Positions 30,095 to 39,356 of a DNA stretch of 64,000 nucleotides are shown one piece after another. Positions within the stretch are counted from its first letter, which is position 1; every line of letters starts with the position of its first letter. Under the pieces are notes generated by a model. It saw only the letters and a program-made list of their open reading frames with translations, did not search any database and had not been told where the DNA came from. Origin of the DNA: Candidatus Nanopelagicales bacterium (GTDB lineage Bacteria > Actinomycetota > Actinomycetes > S36-B12); the NCBI GenBank assembly GCA_028825115.1, contig JAPKAV010000002.1, positions 126,604 through 190,603 on the forward strand. The letters run 5' to 3'. Position numbers and translations under genes: made by a program.

Positions 30095-30892
30095 ATGTCA
30101 CCCTCCTTGCCCTGCAGTGTCATCAATGCACCTTCCGCGCTGGCAGGAACTGCGCCCACCGCGACCTCTTGGCTCATCCTGCTACATCAAGGAGCTTGGG
30201 GTGATCGTCCGGTTGACACGCTCGTTCCCCCGGAGTTGCATGTGTGGGCCCAAGAACACGATTGCAAGATCCTCTTGGCGCGCACGCCGCAGCGTGCACC
30301 CACCTTTCCAAAGGCCACCTATTGGTTCTCTGACGGTGGGAGCCAACTGCGGCAAGGAACCCTCACTGCCAACGGATTGCCAGTGTTGCAAGACGCCCTT
30401 GTCTGCGAGCAGATGCTGCTCATTTGCACGAACGGCAAACGCGATCAATGCTGTGCAACTTTTGGCCGAAACCTGATCTCCGAGTGCGCAGACTCGCTCC
30501 CCCCCGAGCAATTTACTAAAATCCTGGAATGCAGTCATCTTGGGGGTCATCGATTCGCGCCCACCGGAATGATGCTCCCACAGAATTTGGCTCTTGGACG
30601 CCTAGACCCATCTGCGGTACTACGGCTTCTCGCCGACCAGGCCGTTGACTCGCGATACGTCCGGGGAAGCACCTCTCTCTCCCCCGCGCAGCAGGTAATT
30701 CAGGCGCACTTATGGCCAGTCGCGGCTGAATTTTGCTCCTCTGCTGTCATGGGCAGCTTCAGTGAATTCACGGTAAGAGTCGGTGATGCAACCGAAACTT
30801 TCCTAGTTAAACAGACAATGGCACAGCAGATTGCTTCATGCGGTACCGAGCAAAAGCAGATCGCCCAGTTTACGATCATTGGGAGGAACTAG
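30095..30892 (+). CDS. sucrase/ferredoxin-like (thioredoxin-like [2Fe-2S]) family protein
   Basis: 265-aa ORF with CTNGKRDQCCATFG and SHLGGHRFAP motifs. It starts 3 nt after the parC stop. Confidence 0.7.
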   Translation: MSPSLPCSVINAPSALAGTAPTATSWLILLHQGAWGDRPVDTLVPPELHVWAQEHDCKILLARTPQRAPTFPKATYWFSDGGSQLRQGTLTANGLPVLQDALVCEQMLLICTNGKRDQCCATFGRNLISECADSLPPEQFTKILECSHLGGHRFAPTGMMLPQNLALGRLDPSAVLRLLADQAVDSRYVRGSTSLSPAQQVIQAHLWPVAAEFCSSAVMGSFSEFTVRVGDATETFLVKQTMAQQIASCGTEQKQIAQFTIIGRN

Positions 30893-31441
30893 ATGCCAGT
30901 AGAGTCAGCTAACAATGAAATTTCGCGTGCCCCAGCGGTAAGTCTTCCTGATCTGGAGGGGGTTACCCAATCACTCGCGCAACTCACTGATGGTGCCATC
31001 AGTGTTATATTTTTCAGTTGCAATCATTGTCCCTACGTTCAGTGGATCGAGCAAGAAGTAGGACGACTCGCCCATGAGCTTTCTTCGGTCTCATGGATCG
31101 CAATCTGTAGCAATGACATCAAAAATTACCCAGAGGATGACGTAGCTGGATTGCTTGACCAACGGGTCCGCGCCCAATGGAACTTTCCATATTTGATTGA
31201 CTCGGGCCAGAATGTGGCCCACAAATTCGGGGCGGTCTGCACACCAGACTTCTTCGTCTTCGCGCCCGACTCCACCTTGATCTATCGCGGCGCATTTGAT
31301 TCATCAAGACCAAACAGTGACACCGTGATTACTGGAGAATACTTAAGAGCGGCAGTTGAGTGCGCGGGTCAGGGAAAGATCTTCACTGATGGTGCTCCCT
31401 CGATCGGTTGCGGGATTAAGTGGTCAGAATTAGGTGGTTAA
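30893..31441 (+). CDS. thioredoxin-fold redoxin (CxxC)
   Basis: 182-aa ORF with the FFSCNHCPYV active-site motif. There is no gap to the preceding gene. Confidence 0.8.
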   Translation: MPVESANNEISRAPAVSLPDLEGVTQSLAQLTDGAISVIFFSCNHCPYVQWIEQEVGRLAHELSSVSWIAICSNDIKNYPEDDVAGLLDQRVRAQWNFPYLIDSGQNVAHKFGAVCTPDFFVFAPDSTLIYRGAFDSSRPNSDTVITGEYLRAAVECAGQGKIFTDGAPSIGCGIKWSELGG

Positions 31442-32736
31442 CGCCCTAATCCAATATCAATCAAATCCTGGCGGCTATGGATAGTGGTTCGATCTCGATT
31501 GCGAGTCCCACCCAATTCCTTTTCCCGGGCGTCGATTCGCTTCCAACCCTCAAAATCAATAACCTCGATATGACGATGTTGGAGCAGCTGATCAATCCGT
31601 GCAGAACTGGAGACCTGTGTGTTATCACCATCCTGGAAAAGGGTATTGATGCTTGCGACCGCATCTTTTTTATTGGTGCCAATGATTCCTGATGGTCCGC
31701 GGCTGATCCAGCCTGCGACATAACAATTCTCTAGTCCGATAACGGCCCCATCAACACTGGGAATTACGTTGGTGTCCTCATTAAATGGCACACCCGGTAG
31801 ACCCTCACCGCGATATCCGATACTGCGAATGACTAACTCGGCCGCGATCTCCTTACTCCCGCCTGTGGGTGTGAGCAGCCCTTGCGAATCAATCTGCATT
31901 GTCTCAACTATGAGAACTCCATTGTCCAAGTCCATGTTGCGTGGTGCGCAATAGAAGTGAAATTGAATATTTCGATCCGTGCTCGTCACCCGTTGTGACC
32001 ATTGAGCCATGACGTCAAGATTGCGCGCAACCACCTTGTTCCCTGCGCTAGCGTGTGCGAAATCATCCGGTAGGTCACCCGGATCTAACATCACGTCCAC
32101 CCCAGGAATCTCGCCCAGTTCCTTTAGTTCTTTTGTCGTGAAAGTGGCATTGGCCGGTCCTCGTCGACCAACGATGTGTACCCGGCGGACTGCGCTGTGT
32201 GAGAGCGCATCGAGCACATGTTGGGGAATGTCCGTTTGCTCGAGTTCAGCCACCGGCTTACTCAGAATCCTAGCTACGTCAACTGCAACATTGCCGAGTC
32301 CAATTACGGCAACGTCTGTTGCTTTGGACAAGTGATTCGTAAAATCCATTGCATCCGGGTGACCCGTGTACCAGCGAACAAATGCCGTCGCCGCGATGCT
32401 CATCGGATGATTTTCGCCGGGGATTCCCAGTTCCCGATCGAGGGATGCCCCGTAGGTGTAGACGATGGCGTCGTAGTGATCTTGCAACTCAGAGGGCATG
32501 AGATCGAGACCAATACTCACATTTCCACGAAAACGAACCAGTGGGTTGTCAAATGTTTGAGCGAGTTTGTCGCGCACAGAACGGATCGAAAAATGATCTG
32601 GAGCCACTCCATAGCGAACGAGACCAAATGGCACCGGTAACGCATCAAAGACATCGACTTCCACCTGATATTGGGTTGCCAAGTGTTCTGCGGCATAGAT
32701 TCCCGATGGGCCTGCACCGATGACGGCCACTCTCAT
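31438..32736 (-). CDS. FprA-type ferredoxin-NADP+ reductase (adrenodoxin-reductase family)
   Basis: 432-aa ORF with an N-terminal VAVIGAGPSGIYAA FAD motif and a second dinucleotide motif VAVIGLGNVAVDVARIL. Confidence 0.8.
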   Translation of the reverse strand: MRVAVIGAGPSGIYAAEHLATQYQVEVDVFDALPVPFGLVRYGVAPDHFSIRSVRDKLAQTFDNPLVRFRGNVSIGLDLMPSELQDHYDAIVYTYGASLDRELGIPGENHPMSIAATAFVRWYTGHPDAMDFTNHLSKATDVAVIGLGNVAVDVARILSKPVAELEQTDIPQHVLDALSHSAVRRVHIVGRRGPANATFTTKELKELGEIPGVDVMLDPGDLPDDFAHASAGNKVVARNLDVMAQWSQRVTSTDRNIQFHFYCAPRNMDLDNGVLIVETMQIDSQGLLTPTGGSKEIAAELVIRSIGYRGEGLPGVPFNEDTNVIPSVDGAVIGLENCYVAGWISRGPSGIIGTNKKDAVASINTLFQDGDNTQVSSSARIDQLLQHRHIEVIDFEGWKRIDAREKELGGTRNRDRTTIHSRQDLIDIGLGR

Positions 32737-32760
32737 GTATTTTTCGCCCCTCTTTCCAAT

Positions 32761-33282
32761 TTACACATCTTGCACAATCAGGTGACCCGTATGAACATCG
32801 AAAATGGCTCCTCCGACGACCAATTCCTCGGACAACAACGGATAGGCACGGATTCGGGTCACGTCCTGCGCTAAGGCCGCATGCTGATCGGAGACCGTCC
32901 GAATTTCAATGCTGCGTGAATCTATCCCAGAGGCCTCAAAGATTGCCGCGTGTATTTGTTCTTCATCCGCTGAAGCCATTCGGCAGTCAGTGTGCGGCAT
33001 GACGAGCACTCGATTCACGCCCAGAAGGTGACTGGCCAACACTAGAGTTCGCAATACGTCATCGGTTGCGCGAGCCCCAGCATTTCGCAGTATTTTCACG
33101 TCTCCGGGTTGCATGCCCAGAAGGGCAAGTGGGTCGATGCGCGAATCCATGCAAGTGACAACCGCGAGACCCTTTCGCGCTACTCCTGTGAGGTGAGCTT
33201 GACTAAATGAGGACGCGTAGCGTTCGTTGGCACCCAAAATATCCTTAAAACTTGATGCGAAGTCGGCAATGAGCTCACTCAT
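32761..33282 (-). CDS. beta-class carbonic anhydrase
   Basis: Zinc ligand motifs CMDSRIDP and HTDCRM. Its start has a 4-nt overlap with the parE stop. Confidence 0.9.
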   Translation of the reverse strand: MSELIADFASSFKDILGANERYASSFSQAHLTGVARKGLAVVTCMDSRIDPLALLGMQPGDVKILRNAGARATDDVLRTLVLASHLLGVNRVLVMPHTDCRMASADEEQIHAAIFEASGIDSRSIEIRTVSDQHAALAQDVTRIRAYPLLSEELVVGGAIFDVHTGHLIVQDV

Positions 33283-35366
33283 GCGTCAATCCTTTTGCGA
33301 TCAAGATTCTGTGCTCCGGCAACAATGAACTCCTTGCGGGGCGCTACCTCGGATCCCATGAGTAAGTTAAAAACATCAGACGCGCCTTCTGCGTCAGAAA
33401 CAGTCATCCGTCGTAGCGTACGGCGCCCCGAGTCCATTGTAGTTTCCCGCAATTGATGTGAATCCATCTCTCCCAAGCCCTTGTACCTCTGCACAGGATC
33501 CTTAACCCGTTTTCCCTTTTTTTGTGAATCTGCAATGACAGTTTTCATTTCTTGATCCGAATAAGTATAGATCACTTCATTGGCTTTACCCCCAGCGTTA
33601 ATCATTTCAATTCTATGCAAAGGAGGAACAGCGGCGAATACCCGCCCATCTTCTAAAAGAGGACGCATGTATCGGTTAATCAACGTAAGAAGCAGGCAGC
33701 GGATGTGCGCACCATCTACATCGGCGTCCGACATCAAGATAATTTTCCCATAACGCGCTTGGTCCAACTCAAAAGACCGACCCGAGCCAGCACCGATGAC
33801 TTGAATAATTGAGGCACACTCTGCATTCTTGAGCATGTCAGACAACGACGACTTCTGAACGTTAAGAATTTTGCCCCTTATGGGAAGAAGTGCTTGATGC
33901 TTGGAGTTTCTTGCCGACTTGGCAGTCCCCAATGCGCTGTCACCCTCGACGATAAACAACTCGGATTCGCCCACGTCGGTGCTGCGACAGTCGACCAGTT
34001 TCGCTGGCATGGACGAAGATTCCAACGCGGTCTTACGCCGTTGGGTATCGCGGTGGCTCCGCGCAGCGATCCTGGCCCGCATTGCGTTAGCAACCTTCTC
34101 GGCAACCGTTCGCGCTGCTGCTTTCTCTCCCCTCGGCGGAGTTTTCAACCATTTTGCCATCTCTTTAGCAACTACGGCCGACACTATTCGAGTTGCGGCA
34201 GGTGTCCCGAGGACTTCTTTTGTTTGCCCCTCAAATTGAGGTTCTGCAAGGCGGATTGCAATTACCGCGGTGAGGCCTTCGCTCAGATCCTCTTTGGTAA
34301 CAGTGTCCTCACTGCTTTTGAGGATCTTTGCATTTTTGAGGTACTCATTGAAAACCTTTGTGAGCGCGCGCTCCAGGCCCACCACATGGGTTCCGCCTTT
34401 AGGAGTCGCAATTACGTTGACAAAGGAGCGAAGGATTGATTCGTAGCCGCTATTCCACTGCAGCGCAATATCAACAGCGAGCTCCCTTTGCACCTCTTGG
34501 CTTGTCATGTGTCCCTGGTCGTCGAGTACCGGTACTGTTTCCGCGAAATGGCCTGAACCAAAAAGTCGAATCACGCTCCCAATGGCCTGGCCGTCATTGA
34601 GGTGAGTGGCGTACTCGGAGATTCCCCCTTTGTGCTGGAATGACTCCTCCCACAGATCAGTGGGCTCACGTTGGTCGACTAAGCGAAGAACAAGACCCGG
34701 AACCAAGAACGAACTTTGTAACGCGCGCTCACGCAGTGCTTCTCGATCGTATTCTGCGTCTTTTGTAAACACTTCGTGGTCTGCCCACCAGCGCACAATC
34801 GTTCCCGTGTGAGTCCGTGGCGTTTTCCCAGTGACATTGAGCCCACTTTTTTTTGAAAAGGCGCTCATCGGGCCTTCGGTGTCAAAATTCCCCGGCACCC
34901 CACGACGAAAAGACATTGAGTGCACTTTCCCGCTTCGAAGAACCGACACATCAAGTCTGGACGAGAGTGCATTCACCACGGAGGCACCAACGCCGTGCAG
35001 CCCGCCCGATGCCGCATAAGACCCGCCGCCAAATTTTCCACCTGCGTGAAGCTTGGTCATGACGACCTCTACACCCGTAAGTTTTGTCCGTTTTTCAATG
35101 TCGATGGGTATTCCTCGCCCATTATCGCGGACCTCTGCTGATCCGTCAGCGAGGAGGGTCACCGAGATTTCGGTACAAAACCCGGCCAACGCCTCATCGA
35201 CGCCATTATCCACGATTTCCCACAAGCAGTGCATCAGACCACGGGAATCATTGGAACCTATATACATCCCAGGGCGTTTGCGTACCGCCTCGAGCCCTTC
35301 AAGGACTGCCAGATTCTTTGCCGTGTAATCCTGCGGTGCCACGCCTGGAGATTTCACTTTAGCCAC
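33279..35366 (-). CDS. parE: type IIA topoisomerase subunit B (topoisomerase IV / second gyrase-like)
   Basis: 695-aa ORF with GHKL ATPase motifs (EIVDNGVDEA, GGLHGVGASVVNA) and Toprim motifs (ELFIVEGDSA, MSDADVDGAHI). Confidence 0.9.
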   Translation of the reverse strand: MAKVKSPGVAPQDYTAKNLAVLEGLEAVRKRPGMYIGSNDSRGLMHCLWEIVDNGVDEALAGFCTEISVTLLADGSAEVRDNGRGIPIDIEKRTKLTGVEVVMTKLHAGGKFGGGSYAASGGLHGVGASVVNALSSRLDVSVLRSGKVHSMSFRRGVPGNFDTEGPMSAFSKKSGLNVTGKTPRTHTGTIVRWWADHEVFTKDAEYDREALRERALQSSFLVPGLVLRLVDQREPTDLWEESFQHKGGISEYATHLNDGQAIGSVIRLFGSGHFAETVPVLDDQGHMTSQEVQRELAVDIALQWNSGYESILRSFVNVIATPKGGTHVVGLERALTKVFNEYLKNAKILKSSEDTVTKEDLSEGLTAVIAIRLAEPQFEGQTKEVLGTPAATRIVSAVVAKEMAKWLKTPPRGEKAAARTVAEKVANAMRARIAARSHRDTQRRKTALESSSMPAKLVDCRSTDVGESELFIVEGDSALGTAKSARNSKHQALLPIRGKILNVQKSSLSDMLKNAECASIIQVIGAGSGRSFELDQARYGKIILMSDADVDGAHIRCLLLTLINRYMRPLLEDGRVFAAVPPLHRIEMINAGGKANEVIYTYSDQEMKTVIADSQKKGKRVKDPVQRYKGLGEMDSHQLRETTMDSGRRTLRRMTVSDAEGASDVFNLLMGSEVAPRKEFIVAGAQNLDRKRIDA

Positions 35367-35502
35367 TGGCCTAATCTAGTCTGCGCCACGCCGAGATCGT
35401 GGGAATGAATCACGCTCTCACCCGCCACCGAGTTACTTCGCTGCTGGCGAACCTCAGCGAGTCTGTGTGTGTGTCGACCTAATTCCATGCTTAAATAACT
35501 TC

Positions 35503-35718
35503 ATGTCAGAAACCAGCACCCAGACACTTGAATCTCCGGTTTTGTCGAACATTGATCGATGCGACCGATGTGGGGCTCAGGCTTACGTCCTGGCCGAACT
35601 TCCGAGTGGATCCACCTTATTGTTTTGCGGCCATCACTGGAGTAACCATGAGGCAGCCCTACGGCCCAAACTCGTAAAAATCATTGACGAGTTGCATCGC
35701 CTTGATGAACGCCCGTAG
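35503..35718 (+). CDS. small zinc-ribbon-like protein (DUF7455-like)
   Basis: 71 aa starting at ATG 35503, with a CDRCGAQAYV...CGHHW pattern. The ORF opens at 35467. Confidence 0.55.
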   Translation: MSETSTQTLESPVLSNIDRCDRCGAQAYVLAELPSGSTLLFCGHHWSNHEAALRPKLVKIIDELHRLDERP

Positions 35719-35756
35719 CGGCCTCATTCAAAGGATCCCTGCAGCCTTGTGGCGGC

Positions 35757-37196
35757 CTAGTCCAAATAGTCACGCAGTACCTGTGAGCGACTTGGGTGAC
35801 GTAGCTTGGACATAGTCTTACTCTCTATTTGCCTGATTCGCTCCCGGGTGACTCCGTACACTTTGCCGATTTCATCGAGGGTTTTCGGTTGCCCATCTGT
35901 GAGGCCGAAACGCATCCGCACCACCCCTGCCTCGCGGTCTGAGAGGGTGTCAAGAACCGACTCAAGTTGCTCTTGCAAAAGGGTGAATGACACAGCGTCG
36001 CTGGGCACGATTGCTTCTGAGTCCTCAATCAGGTCACCGAACTCGCTGTCGCCCTCTTCACCTAACGGCGTGTGCAGAGAGATTGGCTCGCGACCATACT
36101 TTTGAACTTCAACAACCTTCTCAGGTGTCATGTCCAGTTCCATGGCAAGCTCTTCAGGGGTTGGTTCCCGACCTAGGTCTTGTAACATTTGACGTTGAAC
36201 TCGCGCTAACTTGTTAATTACTTCAACCATATGCACTGGGATTCGGATAGTTCGGGCTTGGTCAGCCATTGCTCGCGTGATCGCCTGGCGAATCCACCAC
36301 GTGGCGTAGGTAGAAAATTTGTAGCCCTTCGTGTAGTCGAATTTTTCAACCGCACGGATCAAACCCAAGTTGCCTTCTTGAATTAGATCAAGGAACAGCA
36401 TTCCTCGCCCTGTATAGCGTTTTGCTAGTGAGACCACAAGACGTAGGTTTGCTTCGAGCAAGTGGTTCTTGGCCCTGCGTCCATCTGTTGCAATCCATTC
36501 CATGTCAAGACGGGTTTTTTTGTCCATCTTGGCGCCCTCGTTGAGCATCTCTTCAGCGAACAGTCCCGCCTCAATTCGCTTGGCTAGGTCAACTTCCATC
36601 TCCGCGTTGAGCAGGGGGACCTTGCCAATTTGTTTAAGGTAGTCCTTAACCGGGTCGGCGGTCGCGCCGGCCACGGTGACGGTTTGTACGGGCTCGTCGG
36701 TTTCATCGACGTGTGAAATCACGAAGCGTCCGGACTCTTCAGCTGCGGCTGCCGGCTCTTCTTTGGCTACTCCAGCCAAGTCCTTTTCCAGGTCTGACTC
36801 CAAAGCCTTTTCCAGTTCAGCCGCCACCTTGAGATCCGGTTCTCCAAACGGGGTCACTTCAACTACGCCCTGCTCGGTGGCAATAACCTCAACGAGCGCC
36901 CCCTTGTCAGGTTGTGAAATCGCCTTCGCAGATTTCAACGGCTTGACCGGCTTGACGGCGGATTTAGCGACAGTCTTTGTGGCCGGAGCATTTTTTTTAA
37001 TCGCGGCCGACTTCTTGGCAACCGCGGGCTTCACCACGACTTTCTTGGCTGGGGCGACTTTCTTGATGGGCTTACCCACAGCCTTCTTGGGCACGGCCTT
37101 TTTCGAAACAGACTTCTTCGGGACAGCTTTTTTCGAAACCGTGGACTTAGAAGCGGTTTTCCTCGCGGTCGTTGTCTTTTTCGCTGCAGTTGCCAT
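35757..37196 (-). CDS. rpoD: principal RNA polymerase sigma factor (sigma-70 group 1) with a Lys/Ala-rich N-terminal tail
   Basis: Region 2 ([38 protein letters not shown]) and region 4.2 ([29 protein letters not shown]). The start is set at MATAAKK. The ORF opens at 37247. Confidence 0.95.
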   Translation of the reverse strand: MATAAKKTTTARKTASKSTVSKKAVPKKSVSKKAVPKKAVGKPIKKVAPAKKVVVKPAVAKKSAAIKKNAPATKTVAKSAVKPVKPLKSAKAISQPDKGALVEVIATEQGVVEVTPFGEPDLKVAAELEKALESDLEKDLAGVAKEEPAAAAEESGRFVISHVDETDEPVQTVTVAGATADPVKDYLKQIGKVPLLNAEMEVDLAKRIEAGLFAEEMLNEGAKMDKKTRLDMEWIATDGRRAKNHLLEANLRLVVSLAKRYTGRGMLFLDLIQEGNLGLIRAVEKFDYTKGYKFSTYATWWIRQAITRAMADQARTIRIPVHMVEVINKLARVQRQMLQDLGREPTPEELAMELDMTPEKVVEVQKYGREPISLHTPLGEEGDSEFGDLIEDSEAIVPSDAVSFTLLQEQLESVLDTLSDREAGVVRMRFGLTDGQPKTLDEIGKVYGVTRERIRQIESKTMSKLRHPSRSQVLRDYLD

Positions 37197-37237
37197 GTGA
37201 GAGTGGGAGCCCTTTCGCCGAAAACCCATAACAAGTG

Positions 37238-37266
37238 CCCGAGTCAAGCCAATTGGCTTGTTCGGG
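37238..37266 (-). terminator. hairpin between hypothetical gene and rpoD (possible terminator)
   Basis: CCCGA-gtc-AAGCC-AATT-GGCTT-gt-TCGGG read directly. On the minus strand it is followed by a T-containing tract (ttgttatgggtttt). It lies 23 nt after the stop at 37289. Confidence 0.4.
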
Positions 37267-37288
37267 CGAACCTATCTTGGCACGCCGG

Positions 37289-37882
37289 TCAACATCGGTC
37301 TGCGCCGGGGCAGCGCAAACGAGCCTTAGCCTGACCGATGGTCACGCCTAGGGTCGACCGCTGCAATAGATCACGCTCGATGGCAACCGGTTCGAGACCG
37401 TCGACGGTGAATTCGGCCGCCCACCTAGTCGTGACCTCAATATTTTTACGGCCCGCCGTTGGGAATGCATGTGAAATGGCCTTGTTGGGATAGGGGCCAC
37501 CGCTTTGGCTCGTATACAAGACTCGTTCGAGGAAATCCCAACGCCAGGACGGGGTCGCCTTGATCGCAACTGTAAAGCCTGAGATGGGCACCCGCCAATG
37601 CACGAAAGTGGCCGGTTTACCTGATTCGCACAGCAATGGGAGTCGCGTGACCGCTCCGTGAGCCGGCCAGCAGCGCGCCGCTTGCTCGGGGACGTATCGA
37701 GTGAAATGCTCCGCGATCGCTCTTTCAATGCCGGTGACAGTACTTACCTCTTCGTGGGTCAGGCAAATCCGATCGACTTCCCGCCAATTCCCACCCTCGG
37801 GTCTGAACCACACCCGGACGTGGTCAATTAGTCCCGGGCACCCCCTTTGCTGCGTCACAATAATCATTGGGACCGGGCACAC
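37289..37882 (-). CDS. hypothetical protein (possibly the C-terminal part of a frameshifted exported Cys-rich protein)
   Basis: 197-aa ORF with a GTG start and no recognised motif. It overlaps the preceding ORF by 59 nt in another frame. Confidence 0.5.
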   Translation of the reverse strand: MCPVPMIIVTQQRGCPGLIDHVRVWFRPEGGNWREVDRICLTHEEVSTVTGIERAIAEHFTRYVPEQAARCWPAHGAVTRLPLLCESGKPATFVHWRVPISGFTVAIKATPSWRWDFLERVLYTSQSGGPYPNKAISHAFPTAGRKNIEVTTRWAAEFTVDGLEPVAIERDLLQRSTLGVTIGQAKARLRCPGADRC

Positions 37883-38147
37883 AGGCCGCTGTGAGCTTCC
37901 CGCCGCACCCGCGGCATCGCATCATCTCGTTGCGAATTCCGGTGTCTACGGTCGGGGGAAGAATGAGTCCGCCGTTTCCCTGGTATCGCACCTGTTCTTG
38001 ATCTGCCACCACCTCGGGGTTTGCGTAGCCCACGGGAGCATTGAAGCCAAAAGATGCAAGGAGAAGTGCAACACTGCTGATAATCAGTGTCAACGCCGGA
38101 TAACGTTTAGTACTCACCCCTTGTTTCTCAGCTGCGGTTGGAGTCAA
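37824..38147 (-). CDS. hypothetical membrane-anchored protein (possibly the N-terminal part of the same gene as 37289-37882)
   Basis: 107-aa ORF with an N-terminal transmembrane/signal anchor (YPALTLIISSVALLLASFGF) and a Cys-rich C-terminus. It starts 16 nt after the metX stop. Confidence 0.45.
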   Translation of the reverse strand: MTPTAAEKQGVSTKRYPALTLIISSVALLLASFGFNAPVGYANPEVVADQEQVRYQGNGGLILPPTVDTGIRNEMMRCRGCGGKLTAACVPGPNDYCDAAKGVPGTN

Positions 38148-38162
38148 ATCAAGGTGGGGTTT

Positions 38163-39356
38163 CTAGTTGTGGAAAACCATTTTTGCAACTGCCGGTGCCG
38201 GGTTATCGACCCGGCTAAGCGCATACTGAACGAATCGGGCGACCTGTTCTTCCTCGACTAAGAAACCATCGTGGCCAACTACAGACTTGATGACGTGCAA
38301 TTGATCCGCCCCTGGCGTTAAGTCCACAATCTCTTGTTGCAGTCGAAGCGGGAATAATCGATCAGAATCAATTCCCACCACAGTCAGCGGAGCAGTAATT
38401 GTTCCCAGCGAACGTTCCACTCCTCCTCGTCCCTCACCTAGGTCAAATAGGCTCATGGCTCGCGTAAGTGCAATATAGGTATTGGCATCAAAACGCCGCG
38501 CCAGCTTGTTCGCATGGTGGTCTAAATACGATTCGATTGCGAAGCGACCGCCAATTATTGGCGGCTCCTCCCCCTGCGCGCTGCGACCAAAACGAGTGTC
38601 GAGTTCGTTTTCGCTGCGGTAAGTTAAGTGGGCGATTCGACGAGCTAAACCCATGCCGGCAACGGGCCCAACGGAAGAGTCGTAGTAATCACCGCCCTGA
38701 AAATGTGGGTCCAACTCGATCGCCGCGAGCTGAACCGCATGTATTCCGATTTCATCGGCACTGACCGCCGCGGTCGAACCAAGAACAAGACCGCCTCGAA
38801 CTGATTCCGGGTGCCGAACCATCCATTCCAAGACCCGCATTCCGCCTAGTGACGGGCCCAGCATCAGTGCATAGGACTCAATTCCGAGGAATTGCATGAG
38901 TTGGTACTCAACCCACACCATGTCGGCAATCGTGATGACGGGAAAACGCGATCCCCACGCTTTCGAATCGGGGGCAATACTGGAAGGTCCGGTTGTTCCC
39001 TGACACCCGCCCAGGACGTTGGCACACACAACGAAGTGGGTATCCGTATCGATCGGCGCACCCGGCCCCACCAGTGAGTTCCACCAACCACCAGTTTTGT
39101 GCCCAGGTCCGGCTTCTCCAGTCGCATGTGAGTCGCCCGTCAATGCATGCGCGATGTATATCGCATTACTCCCCTCGGGATTTAACTCGCCCCAAGTTTG
39201 GTACGCAACCCTGATCTGTTCGAATTGGAATCCAGAAACAGTAGTAAATGGTCCACACTCAAAAAAAAGCCTTTCGCCCACGGGAAACCCCTCCCGCCAC
39301 GATCCGCTGGCGGGAGGGGTTCCTTCGTAAGTCAGAACTCCGTATTGCATGGACAT
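38163..39356 (-). CDS. metX: homoserine O-acetyltransferase
   Basis: 397-aa alpha/beta hydrolase with the nucleophile motif GPSLGGM and N-terminal features typical of MetX. It directly abuts the metY stop. Confidence 0.95.
   Translation of the reverse strand: MSMQYGVLTYEGTPPASGSWREGFPVGERLFFECGPFTTVSGFQFEQIRVAYQTWGELNPEGSNAIYIAHALTGDSHATGEAGPGHKTGGWWNSLVGPGAPIDTDTHFVVCANVLGGCQGTTGPSSIAPDSKAWGSRFPVITIADMVWVEYQLMQFLGIESYALMLGPSLGGMRVLEWMVRHPESVRGGLVLGSTAAVSADEIGIHAVQLAAIELDPHFQGGDYYDSSVGPVAGMGLARRIAHLTYRSENELDTRFGRSAQGEEPPIIGGRFAIESYLDHHANKLARRFDANTYIALTRAMSLFDLGEGRGGVERSLGTITAPLTVVGIDSDRLFPLRLQQEIVDLTPGADQLHVIKSVVGHDGFLVEEEQVARFVQYALSRVDNPAPAVAKMVFHN

Noticed and set aside
35464-35473. (TG)5 dinucleotide repeat in the parE/DUF7455 divergent spacer.
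   Set aside because: It is too short to be meaningful as a microsatellite or Z-DNA element without population data.
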